From Chrysomallon squamiferum (lineage: Eukaryota; Animalia; Mollusca): DNA of 64,000 nucleotides. This document shows positions 1 through 51,001 of this stretch, one piece after another (position 1 is the stretch's first letter; each line of letters opens with the position of its first letter). Both the position numbers and the translations under genes were made by a program. The notes below the pieces were generated by a model. The model was not told the origin of the DNA, ran no database searches, and worked only from the letters and a program-made list of their open reading frames with translations. The stretch is from positions 6,200,001-6,264,000 of the forward strand of contig CM022674.1 of assembly GCA_012295275.1 (NCBI GenBank), read 5' to 3'.

Positions 1-108
1 CAGATACACGTCCGCACACTACACGCGTAGAAACACCTATTTAGACACGAGCTTGCATAAACAAAACCAGGTCCTGGCAAAAATGGAAACTCAACAAACC
101 AAATTTAC

Positions 109-6671
<6,563 letters not shown>

Positions 6672-6739
6672 GCCTCCATTTCTGTATCTGCACATGCATA
6701 TTCTTTTTATTATTTATTTATTTTATTTTTTTGACACTG

Positions 6740-7200
6740 CATGAAACAGATGTTGTGAGTTTTTTTTAAAGTACAATGAGAAGGCTAAACTTTCATGTAA
6801 ATGATCGGTCATTAAAACGTTCATATCTTCACAGTATGCAACAATGTGCCATTAAATATGCATATAGCAAACGTTTGCCTCGAGAATATCTGTCTGTAAC
6901 ACTTTCTCTTTCAGCGTACGATCCTCTGTGTGAATATATACTTGTTTATATCTTAAACATTCACCTCTAGGTTTTGTTGTTGTACTTGTATCACTGTGCC
7001 AGTGTCTAAGGTGCTTCTTATCATGTCTAAGGGTTTAGAACACTATGACAGGGATTGGTAAATTTTATATTGTCACAGTTAAATTACATCCACCAGAAGA
7101 ATAATACATCAACAAGAGTGCAGTTTGAGATTTTTATTTATATAGAGAACACATTTTGTAACATTATAAAAAAAAATAAACACAACTAAGTTAGTTATAG
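6740..7200 (-). promoter_or_regulatory. Conserved upstream block of the CBM/GH9 family (copy at A), with candidate TATAAA (6945-6950) and GATA site TGATAAG (7017-7023)
   Basis: The same block aligns by eye upstream of B (about 10000-10400, TGATAAG 10154-10160, TATAAA 10220-10225) and C (about 60860-61400, GATA 61218-61224, TATA 61147-61152). Regulatory function is inferred only. Confidence 0.45.
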
Positions 7201-7227
7201 TTTTGTATAATATATGCATGTATGCAT

Positions 7228-7279
<52 letters not shown>

Positions 7280-7669
7280 GAGCGCTATCACATATTATAT
7301 TAATTGCATATATATATATGTTCATATATTATCATAGAAAAGACATTTAACATTACGTAAAAAATAAAAACATTTAAAAACATTTTTAAAAAACCTGAAG
7401 ATAAATTTATGTGCCCTGTGAAAAACATTAAGCTGAATATTCTCTGTGTGTCGTTACGCAAAACAAATCTTTCCTTTTCTTCTTTCTTTATTTTATTATT
7501 ATCTTTTGTTTTGTTTTTTGCTTGTTTAGATCGGGAATGCACATATTAAAGCTATAATGCTATTGGATTCTTCCACCAACTTTTTTCTGATAAAACGTTT
7601 TACAAAATTATCCGAAATGTAAAGTAATATGTTCTGTGATCGAATCTCACTACTACTGTTGCTGCTGCC

Positions 7670-7731
<62 letters not shown>

Positions 7732-7859
7732 CATCATCATCATCATCATCATCATCACAGTAGTAGAAGAAGTAGTTGGAGTAGTGGTATGATTTTTATT
7801 ACTATTGTCCTTGTTGGTTTCTTGTTGTTATCATATTTATTTATTTATTGAATTTCAAT

Positions 7860-8580
7860 GTTTGTCGTTGATTTATATTTCCTCTATTTGATAAACTGGG
7901 ACTAGATAACGTCAAGATTACATACATATAAAATATCTGTAGTTAGTACACATAAAAAGAAATGTGTCTGATGAAACACAGCTTCGCAGATAACCGAGAT
8001 TTACGTTAAACAAAGACGAGATTATCTACCTTTGTGACAAACTTACTAACAGTGCTTGTTGTAATTCTAAAATCTGATAGACCGGCGGACAGGTAATAAA
8101 GAAAGATTATATTTCATCTGTAACACTATTTAAAATTAAATAAATAAAAAATAGAAATATTTGTGAATCGTTTTCACAACTGCAATTTCGCACCATCAGG
8201 TCACAGAGAGATTACTGATACTAACTCCACCAGTCAGGATAAAACAGAGAAATCGAGATCTTCACACTGTTTTATTTGTTTTGTTCTGTATCTGTTAATT
8301 CAGTTTTATTATCGTTGTTGTAATTCGGAATTATCGGTAGCCTAGTAGTAATTATTACTCTGTTTTCTACCTTTTTTTTTATGACTTAATGGACATTCCT
8401 GGAAAGAAGGTTTGATCATTACACTTTCTCTGATGGTAACGTCTGAAAAATACAACTTCCGCCGATCAATCGTCATTGTTGTTTTTGTGTAAATTTGACC
8501 TTAATTTAGAGAGATCCGCGGTGAAGACCAAGTAATTCTTTTCAATATTTGTTCGCTGTGAAAGGAAACCTCATATGTGT
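7860..8580 (+). repeat. Segmental duplication block; direct copies at about 15350-15730 and 16555-16700, partial copy at about 61865-62080, inverted partial copy at about 9190-9350
   Basis: Near-identical strings include tttacgttaaacaaagacga.attatct, atagaaatatttgtgaatcgttttcacaactgc and gatcaatcgtcattgttgttt...gaccttaatttagagagatcc. Confidence 0.85.
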
Positions 8581-8635
8581 GTCCATTAAGTCATAAAAAG
8601 AAAGGTAGAAAACAGAGTAATAATTTTTAGGCTAC
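8337..8635. repeat. Inverted repeat with about 58-bp arms (8337-8395 and 8580-8635) and about 185-bp spacer
   Basis: gtagcctagtagtaattattactctgttttctacctt...atgacttaatggaca pairs with tgtccattaagtcataaaaagaaaggtagaaaacagagtaataatttttaggctac. Confidence 0.85.
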
Positions 8636-10461
8636 TTTTTTTTTTTTTTTTTTTTTTTTTCCTCGCTTTCAGAAATCAATCTTTGTGCTCTACATATAAG
8701 ATGCAAGAAAAATAGCGAAAATAAAATATTCTCTTAATTTAGGAATCCATCTAAATCCAGCGATTGGATTGGTGTTTTAAAGGTTATAGTTTATCTTTCT
8801 AAAGAGGGTTCATTTTATAAAAAAATTCTTACTAATATTATTTTCATCAGTCTTGCTAAATATTTTTTTTATTTTTATTTTTTTATTTTAAATTTTAAAT
8901 TTTATTATTATTATTTTTTTTTTCGAATGTTAAACACCTATTTTATAAGAAAATATGAATCTATTTTCCTGTTTGCTTTTCTATGCATTCTATGTCTGAG
9001 AAAAGGAAGAAGTTATTATTTCATATACTCGTTTAGCGGTATGGATTGAAGAAAGAACAAGCCGGGGAAAAAACCCATCAGTGAAGTAAATTCAGGAGAT
9101 AATGGAAAATCTATGGCTTTGCTGAATCAGCTCTTTTAATTCTAATAAGGCTGGTTAATTGGAATAAGCAGAGATTGTGAAGGACTGTAACAAAGACAGA
9201 TAATCTCGTTTTTGTTTAAGTAAAACTCAGTTATCTGTGTTCAATTAAATGCATTCCGTTTGTGTATTCTAACTATAGATATTTTATTAAAGTACTAGTT
9301 TTTATACGTTTGTAATCTTAAGCTTATCTAGACTCTATGTATAAAATAGAAAAACTGTAAATCAACAGTAAATAATAAATAAATATACATATTAGTAATT
9401 ATAATAAGTAAATAAACACCCTTGAGTGGCGACATATGTAAATAAATTTCTGTTTGACCCTCCGTAATACTATTTTACAGAAAAATACTTTTAAAAAATG
9501 TATTAAAATTTTATTTGAATATGTTAATTAGCGTCCAAGAAATGAAAAGTTTTGCGTAATAGTCGAACAAAGCTTTGAAATTTGTCCAACCGCGTGGCTT
9601 CGGTTTTCTCTTTGGTTTCACGGTTTTCACTGACGTCCGCAATAACCAAAAAAATAAAAAAATAAAAAATATATATACATATACGGCCATCGAGTTTGAG
9701 TCGAGGTTGAATGTTCTGGTTCTGGGTCTCGAATAAGAAACGATAAACGGGTGCTTTTGATTAACACGGAGGTCAGAGGAGAGAACTCGAATCTTTCGCC
9801 TTTCTTTCATAAGCGTAAGATAATTTTCTCACTGTTCATTTTTTGTTTTTTGGTTTGCTTAATATAAATACATAATTGAAACTTATATTAACGCAATTAC
9901 TTGATTCTCCTGAGAGCGATTCCGTCTTTAATTTGGGTTCAACTGATTCCGTATTTTAACTCAGTTTTCTTCAAAACTATCAATAACTGAGTCGTCTTTA
10001 TTTTCTTTTAAATTGTTACAAACTATGTTCTATATATAAATAAATAACTCAGAATAGACTGTTGTTGATGTGTTATTCATCTGGTGGATGTAATTTAACT
10101 GTCACAATATAAAATTTACCAGTCCCTGTCATAGAGTTCTAAACCCCTAGATGTGATAAGGAGCACCTGAGACACTGACACAGTGGTACAACAATAAAAC
10201 CTTCAGTGAATCTGTAACCTATAAACAATTATATTCACACAGAGGAACGTACGCTGAAACGGAATGTGTTACAGACAGATATTATCGAAGAATACGATTC
10301 CTCTATGCATATTTTAATGGACCTGTCATCTACATGAAAGTTTAGCCTTGTCTTTGAACATATCAGTAGTTAAATAAAATTCACAAACATCTGTTTCATG
10401 ATCTGATCTGTGGAAGATTCCACATATAGACATATATGTGTTGGTGTATATAATCTATATA

Positions 10462-10538
<77 letters not shown>

Positions 10539-10591
10539 ATATCTATATATATGCATATACATCTATACGTAGAGAACCGTTGCAAGCAGAC

Positions 10592-14535
<3,944 letters not shown>

Positions 14536-14538
<3 letters not shown>

Positions 14539-15310
14539 ATGTTTACAGTACTATGACACGGACTGGTAAACTTTAAATCGTGACAGTAAAATATATCTAC
14601 TAAATAAATAACAAGAGTGGAGTTTGAGTTTTTTTTTTATTATTTATATATTTTGTAATAATAAAAAAAGTTGATAAAAGCAGCTAATTTATTTACAGAT
14701 TTGTAGAAGTCTAAATTAAAATACAGAAAACAGAGAAATCCTAATTAATGAGAGAATCAAGTAATTACGTTCATATAAGTTTAAATTATGTACTTATATT
14801 AAACAAATAATAACGCAGATTACGCTGCCTGTTGAGGGTATGAAGAAAACAAAAATTAACAAGGGAGAAAAAGTATCTTACAAGATGTCGTTGCCAAACG
14901 CTTATCAAAGGAAGGCTAAAGTTTCAAGTTATCTCCCGTGACCACCGTGTTTTGTGCGCAAACTGCCCGTTTGTCCTTTATTCTCCTAGACCCAGAACTA
15001 GAAACTTGAACTTCGAGTCAAACCGCAATACCAGTAAACATCAGATTCGTGCAGACATCGGTGTGAATCGCGGAAGCAAAGAAAAAGAGAAACTACTTGA
15101 GTGGACAATATTCAAAGCTGTGTTAGTTGAAACACAGAAACAAAGAAAAAAAAAAAAAAAAAAAACTCAAAACACGTTATATCTTGGCCGCTAATTAACC
15201 TAACTTTACAATTTAAAACCTGCTTTTAAAATTTCGACATGGCGTATTTTCACGTAAAGCTATTGCAAACTGTCAAACAGAACTTTAATTATTTGCATAT
15301 ATCAGCACTG
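14536..15310 (+). repeat. Inverted copy of gene-family upstream DNA starting at the B stop codon
   Basis: ctagatgtttacagtactatgacacggactggtaaactttaaatcgtgacagtaaa matches the reverse complement of 10090-10150 and the plus strand of about 7027-7085. 14750-15300 matches the reverse complement of about 9430-9915. Confidence 0.8.
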
Positions 15311-15858
15311 AGAGGCAGTTTATTTACTTATTATTATTATTATGAATACGTGTTTACGTTAAACAAAGACGAAATTATCTGTCTTCGTGACAACTTACTA
15401 ACAGTGCTTGTTGTAATTTTAAAATAAAATAGATAGGCGGACAGGTTAATACAGAAAGATGATATTTTAATGACATTAATTAAAATTAAATAAATAAAAC
15501 ATAGAAATATTTGTGAATCGTTTTCACAACTGCGGTTTCACACCATCAGGTCACAGAAATATTACTCATGGTAACTCTACCAGACAGGATAAAACAGAGT
15601 AATCGGGATCTTCACACTGTTTTATTTGTTTTGTTCTGTATCAGTTAATTCAGTTTTATGATCGTTGTTGTGATTCAGAATGATCAGTAGCCTAGTAGTA
15701 ATTATTATTCATTTTTTTACCATTCTTTTTATGAATTAAAAGAACTATATAAAAAAAAATATATAATAGTAAAATAAAATAAGGAGGAAGAAGAAAATGA
15801 AGAATAAATTAAAGGAAACAAATAGAAAAAGAAGAATAAAAACAAAATAAAGTGTATA

Positions 15859-15907
<49 letters not shown>

Positions 15908-16699
15908 GTCTGAATAAAAAATTAAGAAGAAAAAGAAAAAAATGGAATCTGCTGGGATCCGATCCCTACACCTTCTATTCTTTATATCAGCTTTCTGTAG
16001 ATTGATAAATAACCTTGAATTTGCTTTCATTCAAAGTGTATTTTAAAAAAAATAAAAAAAATAAAATAAAATTGAAGTCAGTTATTTTCTAAATCTGTCA
16101 CCAGTTTACACTTTTATCTCAATTTTCACGTGACATTCTGGCTGGTGAAACATCTGTGGATTTGCCCAAATGACAGTATCTTGATACAGCTTTCGTTCAA
16201 ATTAACGAACGGAGGCTGGCATAATCAGTTGAATTAATGTAGGTCACACGATTTTCACGTGATGTTCAGGCTTTTGAAACACTGCGGATTTAAACGTGAA
16301 TTTATGATTAATTTTCTTAAATTCGTTATAATGTAGCACGATATCACAGATGCGTTATTTATCAAAATGAAAAAGTAAATAAGTAATAAAACACATAATA
16401 AAAAAATAAAATAAAATTGCTGTCTTTCGATCTGAACTGTCAATTGTTAGTAATGATAAAATCTTCCAATTTTGGGAAACCTTTTTGGTAGTGTTTTTCT
16501 TTTATGTTTTCCTTTTTTTGTTCTTTTTTTTTTTTTTTTCATTTTTCTTTTCGTAACTTGTGAAAAATACTACTTTCTCCGATCAATCGTCATTGTTGTT
16601 TTCGTGTAAATCTGACCTTAATTTAGAGAGATCCGTGGTGAAGACCAAATAACTCTTCTCAGTGTATGTCCGCTGTGAAAGGAAACCTTATATGTCTGA

Positions 16700-16734
<35 letters not shown>

Positions 16735-18679
16735 GTGTTTAGGTAAATAACAGCGACCCTCAAGTTCTTTAAAAGTACTGGTTTTCTGACATTTTTTTTT
16801 TTTTTTTTTTTTTTTTATTATGAACAGATTAGTTAAATGTCACTAAATCATTCCGCATCATCCATCATCTATTTTTCTCTGATTATCTTACTATCCATAT
16901 ATATATATTCCTTAGTCTGTCTATATACATGTTTTTATTCAGTCTTAATTAATATATGTTTGTTGTTCTTAGTTCTGTCACCAGTATATTCAGATGAAGA
17001 CGATACTGTTTATGTTCCTTTTGGTAAACGATTTATTGATTTATTGATTGACTGATTGATTTATTTGGTGTATTCTCTGATAACGTGCATATAAAAGTGT
17101 GTGTGTGTGTGTGTGTGTATCAAGAAAACAAAAACAGAGCTCCATATCATAATCGTATTCATTCATTTAAGTATCTTTAAGTCAACTTATAGCCGAAACC
17201 CTCGACACTGTCTTCTAACATATTTGTGTTTCTCTTCTGTTACCTAACCCTGTCAGTCATCATCAATCGGGAAATACGTTATCGTTTAGGTATCAAAGAG
17301 AGACAACTCCAGCGAGCTTAGCAACATCTGAAACGGCTGCGATATCTCAAAGCAACTTGACACTTGAACATTTTAATGGAGTAAATGATGTAGCATCACG
17401 TTGATTTGAAATAAAAAAAAAAATTTATATTTTGCAAATTAAGAACTAAAGAAAGCTCGTCTGAGGTAGAGTCTACCAAGGAAGTCGTAGCTAAATATTT
17501 TAATTTTAAAACTGCGAAAGTCCAATGAGTATCGATCGATATTAATTCAATATTAATATGGCACTTAGTTGTGGTTAAAGAAATATTGAATTATTCTTGC
17601 ATGTGTCTTTGTGCCCTCCACCTGGATGTTGTGTCGATACTGTTGTTGTAGAGAATATTTAGACACCATTGAATGACTTGTCCTCTTTTGCATCATTTCT
17701 GTTGCTAGGTTTGGATCGTCTGTGTAGAGTTAGTTATACACAGTCACAGAGGCACCAGTTACTCTGCGACTATGAGTTCTATAAACGTTTTTATGTTTGA
17801 TGATGTCTGTGTGGATGCTGACGTGTAGAATGACTAATTAGAGGTAGAGTGACTAATGAAGATAGCAGCACTAGGAGAGGAAGTGAGACAGTAGTTCTAG
17901 TAGCAGTAATAGTTGTGTTAGTGGCGATAATTAACAGTAAGCGGTAGTAACAGAAGCAATAAAAAGTTGTATTAGTAGTAGCGGTAGTAAAACCATTATC
18001 ACTAATAGTAGTAGTAGTAGTAGTAGTAGTAGTAGCAGCATTAGTGACCCTATTAGCAGTAATAGTAGTAGTGGTAGTTCTAGTAGTAGTAGACGTAGTA
18101 GAAAAAGAAGAAACAGGCAATTAATTTTCGTATTTTCATCACTAAACTACAACAGCCATTGATATAAAAATACGATTATAATGTTCCAAGCAGACATTCG
18201 TTTTCCCCTCTCCACGTGTGCACACACACACACACACTCACACGCACACTAACGCGCGCGCGAGCAAACACGAATTGACGTAAATCATTAAATGCCGTCA
18301 CACATTATAAACACACAACAAAAGGCATTAACCCTTCAGTGAGCAAAATCAATAATGAATGTAATAATCTGTATTTCCAGTGGAAACTTCAGAGTACCCA
18401 GAACTTGCGATGTGTAGCGTAACGCGTTATCAAACCATTTTCTTTTTCTTTTTTTTTTTTTTTTTTCTTTTTTTCTACGTCGTTCATAACGGCTCGACCG
18501 AAATAGACATCGTCTCGCAAACAGACGATAACTAACTAGACAGCAGAAGCAGACGAACATTTACACGCCAACAGGCGGAAACGTCTAGCAATGTAATTGC
18601 ACAATTAGTTTTGCCAATTGGAATAATAATAATAATAATAACACTAATAAAAAAAAAAAAAAAAAAAAAAAATCTGTCA

Positions 18680-30294
<11,615 letters not shown>

Positions 30295-30800
30295 TTTTTT
30301 TTTTTCAAAATGATAGCGTCTGGATAAAAAAAACGTTGACAACGACGACATCGATGATGGTGATGATGATGATCATCATCATGTTGACTGTGATAATGAT
30401 GAGGTTTGTGATGACGGTTGTGATGATGGTGATGATGATAAATAACATAAATTAATGAAAACTAACATTAAAAATTGAAAATATCAAATAAAAAAAAAAA
30501 ACAACAGCATCTTCGGAAACATCAACAGCAAGAACAGCCTAAACTTGAACATCGGCCGTTAAAATTTCAGCAACACCTACAACTTCATCATGAGCAACTT
30601 GTTGATACAAACAGATTTTCACAAACAATAAATATAAAGAATATTAAAATTATGTTGGGTAATAATTATACTTTTTTCAAGCAATACAGATTTGAATGTC
30701 TATGAACATATATATGAAATATTGATTGATTGATATATTGACTGACTGACTGATTGAATGACTGATTGATTGATTGATTGATTATTATTATTATTATTAC

Positions 30801-30855
<55 letters not shown>

Positions 30856-32473
30856 TTATAATTTAAAATCTATGAAAGATTGTACTTTTCAAAGACTAAA
30901 AATAAACATGCTTTGATCTCTCTTACAACTACTAATTTATTTTAAAAAATAGTAACATCAGTGTATACTCAAGTAGTAGGGATTTTGACGTAGTTATGAC
31001 ATTACGTTCAAGAGGAACTGAAGTAGGATTCCTTTTGTTTTCTTTCTATTTATTTTCCATTCTCGTGTTCTGACAAGATTTGTAGATAAGTAAATAAGTG
31101 TGCAGTGTTTGTGAGTGCGCGCGTGTGTATATGTATGTATGTATGTATGTATATTGTATGCGTGTGTGTATGTATGTACGTATGTACGTACGTACGTATA
31201 TATATTTTTTTATGTAGGTATGACTGCATATTTCTGTATATATATGTGTGTATCTACGAATGCCTCTATGTATGTATGCATGTATATACATATTTATATA
31301 TGCATGTAAAGTATATATATATATATACACGTAATTACGTTTGTACTACATATATATGTATATGTAGTTATTTATATATGTATGTATGTGTGTGCGTATG
31401 TGGGTGTGGATGTACGAATATTTACTTGCATAACAATACAACGTATTCAAATCACAATTCTATCTCAGTCTTCACTACGTTGTTGCAGACGCCAATCTGT
31501 GCTCGACGACGGCTGCATCATTTAATGTCTTCAACATGGTGTGTATTAAACTGACTGTTGCCAACTTTAAATTTATATTTCACCACTGGAGCATCACTGA
31601 ATCTGGTAGCATCAGACAGTTCGTCTACGAGATGATATACATAAAACTGACTGATGCTAAGTTTTAATGTATACGTTCATTCGTTCTTAAACCAAACATT
31701 TTGCTTTGGTCATAAACACACAGAGTATTTTATATAGATTTATACATTTATTATTATACAGCATTTAAAAACATAGCAATCAGTGGACACATTTTCAAGA
31801 GTCAGAGGAAAATATTTAGTTCGCTTTTATCACATTTAGAACACTGAAGTGGTACAAGAAGAGTTTGACCTTATTTTCTCAGAAGGAAATGTTTCTACAA
31901 ACCTATCGTTTTAAACCTAACGATGCATCTTGTGAAAAGTTTCTATGCAAAATGATTCCTCAAAGGAAAAAAATCAAGTTAATTTGTAATTTATAACAGT
32001 CTGTTGATGATGGATGGATTTTGACAAAACTAACACATCTTAGAAAACACACTCACAACTCTAGAACACGATTACAGACAATACTGCGTTTTATGTTTTA
32101 TAAATGTCAATTGATCTGAGGTCATAACCTGTGTGTGCTGAAACTTACACACACAGCGCTGACACGCCCCAGACCATACTGACCTAGGTCAGGCTGACAC
32201 AAGCGTACTTAATACAGACACAAGCTCACTTAATGCTGACACAAGCGCACTTAATGCAGACACAAAGATATATCGTATACTGATGGAGTTATATTTTGAC
32301 AGATATAAATGTTGACACAAGATATGACTGGAGTTAGTTCTGTGTTCAGTTGTTTTCTGGTATGTTTTTTATTTTATTTTTTTAAATTCCTATTTCATTA
32401 TTACAAGTAAGTTAATACCAACATGGTGCTTTAATAAAACGTTGTGTCTGTTTGCGTGTTTCTATCATTGTGA

Positions 32474-32512
<39 letters not shown>

Positions 32513-32716
32513 TATACATATGCGCACTCGCACACACCCATTCACAATTCCATATACAATTCCATACATTGTACTCATTTATAACACATTTTCGATGTCA
32601 ACACTGACACATCGTCTGTAATTTGAAAACGAGCACCAGCACGTGCTATGTCTTCCGATATAGTACATCCGTCCGGACATTGGCGCCGCAGTTACCATGG
32701 TTACCGTAGAGTTTAT

Positions 32717-45946
<13,230 letters not shown>

Positions 45947-46974
45947 CAGTTAAAACACGTAATGACGAAACGCGGAGATCAGTGTACAAATTACAATAAC
46001 GCTAACGAGAAACATGATTTGAACCCTTTTGTGCAAAAAGCCTGGGACTGAAATACGTAAACGCGTTCGTTCTCCATGTTTATAGTGGTTTATCAATTCC
46101 CATTGGAGAATAAACGCGCGTGCCACAGTACAGACGACGGACTGTGTAGCGTTGGTAAAAGAGCGAGGCAAACAGAAAGCGAGCTGCTTTTAAAGGTTGC
46201 AGGTTTGAAAAAGCACTTGGAGTTAAATAGCGCGTCGAGTTTGCATTGACTAGCTAGACGTGTTTACGTTAAACGACTGGAGAGAATATGAATATGTAAT
46301 TTTAACGCATGACTCTGGCTGGCTTGTTACAATACACGATACACTTAAGTATTAGGGTTTAATAATCACGTATTTAACCAGATTGTTACGAACACGATTC
46401 AGTTAATTATTAAGGAGAAATTACAGAAAACTCGGTTACAAAAATCTTCTAAACAAATACATTGTTACGTGCAGATATGTTTAATGTATTGTGTATAACA
46501 GGAGGCTTAATATTCGCGTTACCAGACTGTAATAAATATGATAGTACACTTTAAAGACATAATAAACTCAGATTTAGTAAAACTTCTAGAATATCTAATC
46601 ATCTTTTCTTTGAGTGAAAATTAAAAGTAAATGGTAGAACATAATATGGCGGATACTGTATTAGAGATACAAAATATGTGTAAGTTAATTCTCTGAAATA
46701 ATGATTATCATCTGGATGATAGATGTATGTATTGTCTGAGAGACATAAATTCTGTGATAAAGAATATAATATAAAAATATCAAAAGTTGTTGAGCGACTA
46801 AAATGGTAAAATTGGTGAAAATTCTGAAAGTGGTCAAAATTGGTAAAAAAAATTCTAGAATAATAAAACCAGCAGAAATTCTATAATTATAAAATAGTTA
46901 AAAAGAAGATTCTAGAGTGCTAAAAATTGGTGAAATTGGTACAAATTCTAGATTGGTAAAAATTATACTCAGTT

Positions 46975-47410
46975 CTGTTTGAAACAGTGAGTAGACATAA
47001 AACAATGAGTGGACGTTAAACATTGAGTAGACGTAAAACAGTGAATAGACCTGAAACATAAAGTAGACGTTATACAGTGAGTAGACGTGAAACAGAAAGT
47101 AGACGTTATACAGTGAGTAGACGTAAAACAGTGAGTAGACGTAAAAGAGTGAGTAGACGTTATACAGTGAGTAGACGTAATACAGTGAGTAGACGTTATA
47201 CAGTGAGTAGACGTGAAACAGTGAGTAGACGTTATACAGTGAGTAGACGTGAAACAGTGAGTAGACGTTATACAGTGAGTAGACGTGATAGGTAAGTAGA
47301 CGTGATATAGTGAATAGACGTGAAACAGTAAGTAGACGTGAAACAGAAAGTAGACGTTAAACAGTGAGTAGACGTTATACAGTGAGTAGACGTAATACAA
47401 TGAGTAGACG
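46975..47410 (+). repeat. 18-bp minisatellite, consensus CAGTGAGTAGACGTTATA / CAGTGAGTAGACGTGAAA, about 24 units
   Basis: Head-to-tail units with no spacers. Produces the 6-aa periodic spurious ORFs (TSTHCI, SRRYTV). Confidence 0.92.
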
Positions 47411-47958
47411 AAATGATACGAAACAGTGGAAAATTAGAATTTCTACAACGGACAGACGCCCTTCAGTTCATCAAAATACCTTGTCATACAACACAGAACA
47501 ACACTACCTCGGCAACATCCAGACAAGCTATCTTTCAGAAAATTCAACAGGAATACGTGAAACAGCGTGTACAACTCATTGACTGGTCTCAGCAACTTCT
47601 CCGTGTCCTCCCATCACCACGTGAAGAATAGCTGAAGATCCTCCCTCAACACTTTAAAAACATTCAAGTTTGTTAGATGCTGCTCTGACACATGATGTAC
47701 TGCAACACGTTCGTCCCTGTATTTATCCACTGGTGTTAATTGACGTCATCTATGGATTAATGTTAACTGAGCGAATAATTTATTTATGTCGGCGTTGCGT
47801 AATCCGGTAATGATGTAAGTGATGAAAAGAGTTTAGATGACCGTCGGACGGGTAAACAAAGACAAATCGCCAGTAGCGTTTACAGTTCAGTAGACTGAAA
47901 ACTGCAGCAAAAACGGGTTTTCTCGTTTTCTGTATTTCTCAAATGCTCGCTCGATGGC

Positions 47959-48694
<736 letters not shown>

Positions 48695-49133
48695 TCCTCG
48701 ATCTCTCTCAAACAAACAAAAAAAAAAAAACACCTTGCAACACATTCTCGTCATACTTTTTCTTCCATCCCTCAAACAACATAGTTACAGTCTTTGACGA
48801 GTAATTTAACTTGCTGTCACTCTCTGAAACCTTATTTATTCGGAGAAATGGCTTTCGTTTGAGATCAAGCAACAAATATCTGTAGTTGATGAATGACTGG
48901 GAGTCAAAAGTTAAATATAATACTCTGCAAGTGAGCGGAGAGGCAGCGCCCTCTGTGTTCAGAACTCGGGTAATTCCGTAAAACGTGCAATTGTAATAAA
49001 CAACATCACGCAGGCATAATTACTGTAGACGAATCATATTATGACTTGACCTAACAGTGTTAGAAACAGAGGTTGCTGTGCCGTGATACATTTATCATAA
49101 GTTATAATGTGAACTTTTATTTTAGAGAGAGAG

Positions 49134-49224
<91 letters not shown>

Positions 49225-49318
49225 TGAGCAATAGTAATTAAGGTTGCTCTATGTTCAGTTATATAAACATATACATTTTTTATAAAAGAACAAAACAACA
49301 AATAAATATAATAATAAC

Positions 49319-49388
<70 letters not shown>

Positions 49389-50085
49389 GAACAAAATGCA
49401 GTAATAAATCTCATTTATGCCTGAAAAATACACCCCCCACCCCCAACTAAAACATGTATTTTATGAAATATGACATCGCATTACTTATTTAGAAAAGAGG
49501 ATTAGAATAAATTCTGTACAGCTTTGATTTCAGTATAACCTGAACCACCAATGTCGAAAATGCTATGTTATCTAGAGACTAAGTTCTTAATCTTCTAAAT
49601 TATACTGCATTATTAATGGCTGGTAAGGTTTTGCAAAAACTCGTTTTCATAATGTTTTATTTATTTATTTATTTTTAAGAAAGAAAAAACGATGCTAATG
49701 CTTGAAAAATGGTTTGGGTTCGAAATATTATTTTTAAAATGAGTTGTTGCTCATATTAATTTTGTTTGAACTACATGATTTGCAGTAATCTTTTCAAAAC
49801 AGTTAATAACCTCTGGGTTGATGATATTAAGTTACATTAGTCTGATAAATTTTTTTTTAAAATAAAGAACAATAAAGAACAGGTTAAACAAAAACATGTT
49901 TGATAAATGAAATATAAAATATATAATTACATACAACATAGACGCGCGCAAGAGCTTACATACACATATACATAATTAATTAATGGGGAAATGGTAAGCA
50001 TGAACCTCAAACAAGCAATACAATATTAAATTAAACCACTTTTTGTTTAGCTAAAATGTAGTAACATTATCAAATACGTAAATAA

Positions 50086-50153
<68 letters not shown>

Positions 50154-50779
50154 TTAATGTCTGTTTCAAAACTGTTCTACCCAAAATAACCGATGTTTTG
50201 GTCAAAATATTTCGTATTAAAGTTTTCCATGTAAAACGATACCATTAACGAAATGCACCTGTACGAAATTGACCGAAAACTGAAACGGACCGAACCAACC
50301 CGAACCTGCCCGAACTAACCCGAACCAAACCGAGCCAAAATCGGAAACGTAGCTAAACCAAAATCAGTGGTCAAATCATAAGATACACAAATCAAAACAT
50401 TTTAATAAAATATCTTAATTAATCACTGTTCAAAATTTCTCTCATCACAATTTACTGTTAACAAATGTACCTGTATTTCGCCGTCACCATCAGTTGTGCC
50501 GGACGTCCGAGTAACGTCAGCAGCCTCGCCGACATTGCTAACGACAACGTTGTCTTCTTGTTGTCGTCGTCGTATACATGTGTGAAAGCAGTTGATGCGG
50601 AGCTGTTGACTAAACGCCAAGGAAAATTAACTTCTGATGGACCGACTGTTCGATTAATCAATGATGTTTTTATGGTTTGTGCATCTAATTATCTTCGTGT
50701 GTGTGCTTATATGGTATGTGGAAGGGTGGATGTATTTCAGTGGCTGGGTGTTTGTAAGTAAGTACATACATGGAAAGAC

Positions 50780-50894
<115 letters not shown>

Positions 50895-50942
50895 CAGAGA
50901 GAGAGAGAGAGACAGCGAGTAAGAGAGAAAGGATGGAAGGAC

Positions 50943-51001
<59 letters not shown>

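Noticed and set aside
46969-47410. Repeat array as a CRISPR, or as a His/Cys-rich (TSTHCI)n protein
   Set aside because: Units are contiguous with no unique spacers, the context is eukaryotic, and there are no cas genes or splice support.
47413-47631. 72-aa ORF with faint resemblance to a Tc1 transposase C-terminus (VQLIDWS)
   Set aside because: No clear WPxxSPDLNPIE motif or terminal inverted repeats, so too weak to call.
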